Part shown: in pieces, positions 24,464-29,602 of the stretch | Layout: each line of letters begins with the position of its first letter | How positions within the stretch are numbered: position 1 is the stretch's first letter | IMG/VR virus record: IMGVR_UViG_3300023176_002544 | Span: 1-29,602 of that record | Direction: 5' to 3' (one strand) | Length of the DNA: 29,602 bases | From: a virus | Lineage: Duplodnaviria; Caudoviricetes | Notes under the pieces: generated by a model | Told to the model about the DNA's origin: nothing | The model's database searches: none | Seen by the model: only the letters and a program-made list of their open reading frames with translations | Program-made: the position numbers and the translations under genes

Positions 24464-27061
24464 ATGGCGATTAAATTAGATACCTTTTCGAGTGCTGGCG
24501 GTGGAGCAGGTACAGACAACCTTGATGATGTTACTTCAAGAGGTGCTACAACTACCAACGCAATCACAGTTGGTGGTGTAACCGTTGGTACAGAGTACAC
24601 GCTACCAAGTGCAGATGGTTCAACCAATCAATACTTAAAAACTGATGGTGCAGGTAATTTAAGTTTTGCTGATTTAGACATCACAGGCGGCTTGACTTAT
24701 CAAGGTGCTTTCAATGCTACAGCTGGCACACCTGACATAAGCAACGCTGAAAAAGGTGACTTCTATGTCATTGACACAGCTGGCACAATCTATGGTCAAA
24801 CTTGGGCGGTGGGAGATCACTTGCTTGTCAATGAAGACATGGGTGGAACTATCACCAACAGCAAGATTGACAAGATTGATAATACTGACCAAGTTACAAG
24901 CGTTAACGGAAACACAGGTGCTGTTGTTCTTAGTGGTGATGACTTGGCAGCCGACCACACAGCGGTGAACTACACAGCGACCAATGCCAACATTGATGGT
25001 CATCTAAGTGGGATTGATACTGCTATTGGTGCAAGTTTAAGTCCAACCCTCGATGACGTGACCACCAACGGAAACACAACCACCAACACCATTGAAGTTG
25101 GTCAAGTCACTGTCAGTGGTGACATCTTGGCAAGTAGTGCAGACACAAGAACCATTGGTGCAGAAGGTACAAGGTTCATCACTTATTATGGTGACATGAA
25201 TGGAGCGATAAGATTCAAGGCTAAGAACAACCAAGGTAGTGCAATCACTAAGGGCCAAGTGGTTTATATAAGTGGTGTGAGTGGCACAGTGCCAGAAGTG
25301 AAACTTGCCAAGGCGGATTCAGCTTTAACTATGCCTGCCTTTGGTGTGGCCTTTGCCAATGCAAACGACCAAGCAGAAGTTCAGATTGTGACCTTTGGCA
25401 ATCTAACAGACTACAACACCACTACCTACTCCCTTAGTGCAAATGACACAATATATGTCAGTGCGACCACAGCAGGAGCATTAACCAACACAGCACCAAC
25501 AGGTGAATCAAACTTGATTCAAAATATTGGTCGGGTGGTTCGTGCAGATGCAAGTGCAGGTATTATAAAAGTTGGTGGTGCAGGTCGCTCCAATGCTACA
25601 CCCAACTTGAATAGTGGCAAAATCTTCCTTGGTAATGCAAGCAATCAAGCAGTAAGCACAGCATTAAGCTCAATTAACTTGACTTCGTTCAATGATGACT
25701 TGACCTATCCTGTGACTTCAGTCAACACCTTGACAGGTGCTGTGGTCGTGTCGGGTGATGACGTAGGGGCAGACCACACAGCGGTGAACTATACAGCTGC
25801 CAATGCCAATGTTGATGGTCATCTTAGTGGGATTGATACCAAACTTGGAACACTTGGCACTTCTGCCTTCCTTGATGTGGGAACAAGTGCAAGTAACGTT
25901 GTTCAACTTGATGGAACAGCCAAACTTCCTGCAGTTGATGGTTCACAGCTTACAAACTTACCAAGTGCACCTGTGACTTCTGTCAATAGCTTGACAGGTG
26001 CTGTGGTAGTCAGTGGTAACGATATAGCAGCGGATCACACAGCGGTGAACTATACTGCAAGTAATGCCAATGTAGATGGTCACTTAAGTGGGATTGATAC
26101 CAAGTTTGGAACACTTGGCACAGCTTCAACAGCTGCTACAACCGACTTCTTGCAAGTCACAAACAACTTAAGCGATTTAAACAACGCAACCACAGCAAGA
26201 AGCAATCTTGGACTTGGTACTGCAGCCACTCAGAATGTGGGAACAAGTGCAGGTAATGTTGTTCAACTTGATGGAACAGCCAAACTTCCTGCAGTTGATG
26301 GCAGTCAATTAACCAATCTACCAAGTGCACCTGTAACAAGTGTCAATAGCTTGACAGGTGCTGTGGTTGTCAGTGGTAACGATATAGCAGCGGATCACAC
26401 AGCGGTGAACTATACTGCAGCCAATGCCAATGTTGATGGTCACTTCAGTGGTGTAGATACTAAACTTGGAACTTTACTTGCAGACATTACAGGTGAAAGT
26501 CTAAATGACTTAAGTGATGTTTCATTCACAGCAGGGGCAGGGATAGACAACTATGTTTTGACTTATGACAATGGAACTTCTTCTTGGGGGGCTGAAGCTG
26601 TGCCTAGTGCACCTGTAACAAGCGTTAATGGAAATACAGGTGCTGTGGTTCTTAGTGGTAATGACTTGGCAGCAGATCACACAGCGGTGAACTACACAGC
26701 GACCAATGCCAATATTGATGGCCACCTTAGTGGGATTGACTCCGCTTTAGGTTCAGTCAGTGGTTCAAAACCAACGGTGACAAGTGCAAGCCCTAGCACA
26801 GATTACACAATAAGCACTTATACTGCTATTGAAGAAGTTTATATTCTTAATCCTAGTGCTTCCATAAATGTCAATTTGCCAAGTGCTTCAACAGTCACGA
26901 GCGGTTACAAATACAATATTAAAAATGTATCAGCTACAGCCAGCTTGACAGTTGACCCAAATAGCACAGAAACGATTGATGGAGCGACCACTTATACACT
27001 TAATGTTCAGTATCAATCTTTAACTATCGTTTCAGATGGTTCTAATTGGCATATCATTTAA
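24464..27061 (+). CDS. Modular fibre protein with internal repeats
   Basis: 865 aa, Thr/Gly/Ser/Asn-rich. It has five VTSVN..TGAVV repeats, two VVQLDGTAKLPAVDGSQLTNL repeats and a C-terminal module ending TIDG...SLTIVSDGSNWHII that is common in phage fibres. Confidence 0.85.
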   Translation: MAIKLDTFSSAGGGAGTDNLDDVTSRGATTTNAITVGGVTVGTEYTLPSADGSTNQYLKTDGAGNLSFADLDITGGLTYQGAFNATAGTPDISNAEKGDFYVIDTAGTIYGQTWAVGDHLLVNEDMGGTITNSKIDKIDNTDQVTSVNGNTGAVVLSGDDLAADHTAVNYTATNANIDGHLSGIDTAIGASLSPTLDDVTTNGNTTTNTIEVGQVTVSGDILASSADTRTIGAEGTRFITYYGDMNGAIRFKAKNNQGSAITKGQVVYISGVSGTVPEVKLAKADSALTMPAFGVAFANANDQAEVQIVTFGNLTDYNTTTYSLSANDTIYVSATTAGALTNTAPTGESNLIQNIGRVVRADASAGIIKVGGAGRSNATPNLNSGKIFLGNASNQAVSTALSSINLTSFNDDLTYPVTSVNTLTGAVVVSGDDVGADHTAVNYTAANANVDGHLSGIDTKLGTLGTSAFLDVGTSASNVVQLDGTAKLPAVDGSQLTNLPSAPVTSVNSLTGAVVVSGNDIAADHTAVNYTASNANVDGHLSGIDTKFGTLGTASTAATTDFLQVTNNLSDLNNATTARSNLGLGTAATQNVGTSAGNVVQLDGTAKLPAVDGSQLTNLPSAPVTSVNSLTGAVVVSGNDIAADHTAVNYTAANANVDGHFSGVDTKLGTLLADITGESLNDLSDVSFTAGAGIDNYVLTYDNGTSSWGAEAVPSAPVTSVNGNTGAVVLSGNDLAADHTAVNYTATNANIDGHLSGIDSALGSVSGSKPTVTSASPSTDYTISTYTAIEEVYILNPSASINVNLPSASTVTSGYKYNIKNVSATASLTVDPNSTETIDGATTYTLNVQYQSLTIVSDGSNWHII
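24893..26743 (+). repeat. Five dispersed 129-bp (43-aa) direct repeats
   Basis: Copies at 24893-25021, 25712-25840, 25973-26101, 26333-26461 and 26615-26743. Copies 3 and 4 are part of a longer duplication (25877-26101 and 26237-26461, 360 bp apart). Confidence 0.92.
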
Positions 27062-27073
27062 GAGAGGTCACAA

Positions 27074-27535
27074 ATGAGTTATCGTTGCAGAAATCCAAAG
27101 TCTACAATTATGATCCAACTGTCTGCAGATGGAACACAAACAGCCGCTTCTGATGGTGATAAAATATTGTTTCCAACTAAGACCACCACAGGAAGTGATG
27201 GTGTAAGCATTAGCTCTGGTACAATCTCGCTTGATAGCTCTAAAACCTATTATCTCAGTGTACACGTTGATTGTAACCGACCATCAACCACAAGCGACTT
27301 TAGCGCTGAATGGTGGAATGAAACAAGTTCAACACAGCTTGGTAAATCAGATGGAGCTTTTGAAGCAAGATGGCTACCAACAGGCGCATTCTATTATAAT
27401 GGATCAACACTTGGCCAGCTGACACTTGTTAATCCTACGTTTGATATTAGCGTGAGAGTCAATCGACTAGGTGCAAGCAATACAGCAAATATTAGTCAAT
27501 ACTTTCATCTTTTCATTATTGAAATAGACGATTAG
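27074..27535 (+). CDS. Small beta-sandwich protein (C1q/TNF-like pattern), possible adhesin
   Basis: 153 aa; pattern Q....KILF..TT...GVSISSGTISL...YYLSVHV; GAGG RBS. Confidence 0.5.
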   Translation: MSYRCRNPKSTIMIQLSADGTQTAASDGDKILFPTKTTTGSDGVSISSGTISLDSSKTYYLSVHVDCNRPSTTSDFSAEWWNETSSTQLGKSDGAFEARWLPTGAFYYNGSTLGQLTLVNPTFDISVRVNRLGASNTANISQYFHLFIIEIDD

Positions 27536-27545
27536 AGGGGGCTTT

Positions 27546-27959
27546 ATGAGTTATGATCCGAGTGAAGGGGGCGGTGTGGTTTTCAGTGCATATATTGCAG
27601 GAACTACTTCTGTGGCTTTACCGACAGCTTCAGGTGGTTCTTACACTTTTCAATGGGACAGTGCCAATGATGCTTGCTCGATAGTCAGCAACACAGTCCA
27701 ATGCAATCACTACGCAAGCACAGCGACTTGTGATATTGCCACAGGTAGTGCTTCGCAAACAGTGTGGGCCTATGGTTTTAAGAATGGTACTTACTACACA
27801 GGTAGTCACTTATATAATAGCTATGCAAAAGGTGACGATAATGGGTGGGGAGTCCACAGAGATACAAAAGACTTAGTGGTTGATACCAAGATTATCTTTA
27901 GAATTGCAGGAGGTCGCAACCAAGAAGGACTTGACCAATTAGCAGGGATAATAATATGA
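27546..27959 (+). CDS. Small beta-rich protein, possible adhesin
   Basis: 137 aa, aromatic/Ser/Thr-rich, starts MSY; GAGGGGG RBS. Confidence 0.45.
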   Translation: MSYDPSEGGGVVFSAYIAGTTSVALPTASGGSYTFQWDSANDACSIVSNTVQCNHYASTATCDIATGSASQTVWAYGFKNGTYYTGSHLYNSYAKGDDNGWGVHRDTKDLVVDTKIIFRIAGGRNQEGLDQLAGIII

Positions 27960-28411
27960 CATATTTAGCAAAACCAAGAGCTGGCGTAAGAGTTGATTTA
28001 CTAAAGTTCAATTCACTTTCAAGTATTGCTGTAGGTTCAATCTTCACTGTGAACGATACACCAAAAAACACAAGTGCGGTTATTAATGGCAGCGGTTACA
28101 TTGAACTTCATGATGGCTCTTCATGGAGATTGGAAGCAAATTGCCTTTGCCAATACTCGACCACGTCAAGTGCTTATGAAAGTATTTGGTGGTGGTATGA
28201 TGGAACAAGCAACTTGGGAAACAGGGGCAGAATGTCAAACTTGGCCAATACTCAAATCAGTAGAGGTTCTTGTACTTTGCTTTTAAGGTCCACAGACATC
28301 ACAGGCACAATCACCATCTACCCAAGGATAAGCAACTTGTCTGGGAGTCCTGGCTATGATGGAACTTACACACCTTTACCACATGTAAGAATTTACGAAA
28401 TACCAAACTAA
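27956..28411 (+). CDS. Small beta-sandwich protein, possible adhesin
   Basis: 151 aa, starts MTY; INGSGYIELHDGSSWRLEA parallels ISSGTISLDSSKTYYLSV of 27074..27535. Confidence 0.45.
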   Translation: MTYLAKPRAGVRVDLLKFNSLSSIAVGSIFTVNDTPKNTSAVINGSGYIELHDGSSWRLEANCLCQYSTTSSAYESIWWWYDGTSNLGNRGRMSNLANTQISRGSCTLLLRSTDITGTITIYPRISNLSGSPGYDGTYTPLPHVRIYEIPN

Positions 28412-28415
28412 GAGA

Positions 28416-28715
28416 ATGAACATGATGCAAGAATTATTGATGAAAGACCATTTCACTTATGCCTTGGTGATTGGCACAATCATCTTGAGTGTGACAGCTG
28501 GCTATTTCTTAGGCCACCAAGACAAGGCGGTTGTGTGTGCTCAATATATCACAGACCTTGAAGACCTTAAGGTCAAGAAAGCTACCTGTGACACTGACTT
28601 GACAACCTGCAAAGGCAAAGGTGCTGCCAATGGTGTGCTTCAATGCAAGCCCATTTGTGACCAACAAGTGAAGGTTGCACTTGAGACACAGAAGGTTTGG
28701 CACTGTAATGATTAA
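28416..28715 (+). CDS. Membrane protein (N-terminal TM plus Cys-rich coiled coil), i-spanin-like
   Basis: 99 aa with TM ALVIGTIILSVTAGYFLG and six Cys in a helical C-terminal part. Confidence 0.5.
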   Translation: MNMMQELLMKDHFTYALVIGTIILSVTAGYFLGHQDKAVVCAQYITDLEDLKVKKATCDTDLTTCKGKGAANGVLQCKPICDQQVKVALETQKVWHCND

Positions 28716-29181
28716 TATATTCTTAAGTGCTTTGCTTGTGCTTGTGCCTTTGAAGCCTGCCAATATTCCACCTAATTGGATTTACCTTGGTGAAAAGGTT
28801 GAACCAATCAAAGGAATCAAGGCTGAACGTGGCTTTGTCTTAACCTTTGAAGGTGCTGTCTTGACTGTACCTGACTTTATCAGAATAAAGAGCATCATCG
28901 AGGGGAGCAAAGACATTTGTGTTTATGCTGTGGATAGTGCCTTGAAAGAGTGCAGTGAAGGAATGACCAAGGCTTTGAGTGAAGCTCATGGAAGGGAAAC
29001 CAACCACTTTGAAATCATAACTGCTTATGAATCAAGACTTGGCAAGTATGAGCTTCAAATTGGCAACCTTGAAACATCATTGCAGACTGAGCAGAAGAAG
29101 TCTAAAATGTTGTTATTCATTGCAAGTGGTCTTGGTGTTGTGGCCACCTTGTTCACCACTCTATACTTTGCAAAGGACTAG
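28708..29181 (+). CDS. Membrane protein with signal-like N-terminus, coiled coil and C-terminal TM (spanin-like)
   Basis: Likely start ATG 28708 (MINIFLSALLVLVP); C-terminal MLLFIASGLGVVATLFTTLYF. Confidence 0.5.
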   Translation: MINIFLSALLVLVPLKPANIPPNWIYLGEKVEPIKGIKAERGFVLTFEGAVLTVPDFIRIKSIIEGSKDICVYAVDSALKECSEGMTKALSEAHGRETNHFEIITAYESRLGKYELQIGNLETSLQTEQKKSKMLLFIASGLGVVATLFTTLYFAKD

Positions 29182-29185
29182 CATC

Positions 29186-29428
29186 ATGGACATGAGCATG
29201 TTTGACATTGGAACAGTGCTGGCAGTACTTGGTTTATTCTACAAACTAAGTGCAGACAAGGCCGCACATGCTGAAGAGATGGGAAAGCTCAAGCAACAAG
29301 TCAGATCACTTGAAAGTCGTACAAGTCGCATTGATGATCGACTAGAGAGCATTGATGACAAGCTGGGAAACTTACTGACTGCAATCATCAAGCTAGAAAC
29401 TATCATTGGACAGAAGGGGCAGTCTTAA
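29186..29428 (+). CDS. Small TM plus coiled-coil protein (holin/XhlA-like architecture)
   Basis: Likely start ATG 29186 after AAAGGA; IGTVLAVLGLFY followed by heptads LKQQVRSLESRTSRIDDRLESIDDKLGNL. Confidence 0.55.
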   Translation: MDMSMFDIGTVLAVLGLFYKLSADKAAHAEEMGKLKQQVRSLESRTSRIDDRLESIDDKLGNLLTAIIKLETIIGQKGQS

Positions 29429-29455
29429 GCGATTGCAAAACACCCTTCAACTTTT
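29413..29455. terminator. Possible bidirectional terminator hairpin between convergent genes
   Basis: Outer stem GAAGGG...CCCTTC, inner stem GCAGTC/GATTGC, followed by AACTTTT; sits between the converging stop codons. Confidence 0.4.
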
Positions 29456-29602
29456 AAAGCATTTCAAGAAGACTAGCAAACACGTTCCAATCATTGGGGT
29501 CCATGTGACTGAGCATTCTTATTGCTTTCTTTTTGTCCTCCATTTCATTGGCCACAATAAGAGACTTGACGAAAGCACCACAAGCCAATCTTGGACCATA
29601 CC
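29454..29602 (-). CDS. 3' end of a convergent hypothetical gene (partial)
   Basis: Minus frame open from the window end: ...YGPRLACGAFVKSLIVANEMEDKKKAIRMLSHMDPNDWNVFASLLEML-stop (TAA at 29454-29456). Confidence 0.5.
   Translation of the reverse strand, partial: YGPRLACGAFVKSLIVANEMEDKKKAIRMLSHMDPNDWNVFASLLEML

Noticed and set aside
24893-26743. CRISPR array or diversity-generating retroelement TR/VR pair
   Set aside because: The repeats are 129 bp, in frame, irregularly spaced and differ mostly at wobble positions rather than specifically at adenines. No reverse transcriptase or cas gene is in the window.
1-29602. Alternative genetic code or stop-codon reassignment
   Set aside because: Genes are full length under code 11, and TAA, TGA and TAG all end genes at sensible, often overlapping, boundaries.

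Overview
This window is a contiguous, gene-dense, almost entirely plus-strand segment of a tailed dsDNA bacteriophage. It looks siphovirus-like (tail tube and tape measure present, no sheath gene seen) and has a Mu-like head module. The gene order is: two hypothetical genes, thyX, a small ORF, terS, terL, a class III nucleotidyl cyclase plus a 2-TM/coiled-coil protein, portal, a multi-domain protease/scaffold, cement protein, major capsid, gpF-like minor head protein, neck genes, tail tube, a chaperone pair with a -1 frameshift, tape measure, tail-tip genes, a CHAP hydrolase plus holin, a repeat-rich fibre, three small beta-rich proteins, spanin/holin-like membrane proteins, and the 3' end of a convergent gene. 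The best candidate for an undescribed system is the two-gene cassette translationally coupled to terL. It encodes a membrane-anchored class III cyclase with intact catalytic residues but non-canonical base-specificity residues, followed by a small 2-TM coiled-coil protein, which is the architecture of a cyclase plus membrane effector. All family assignments come from motif recognition by eye; no database searches were run.
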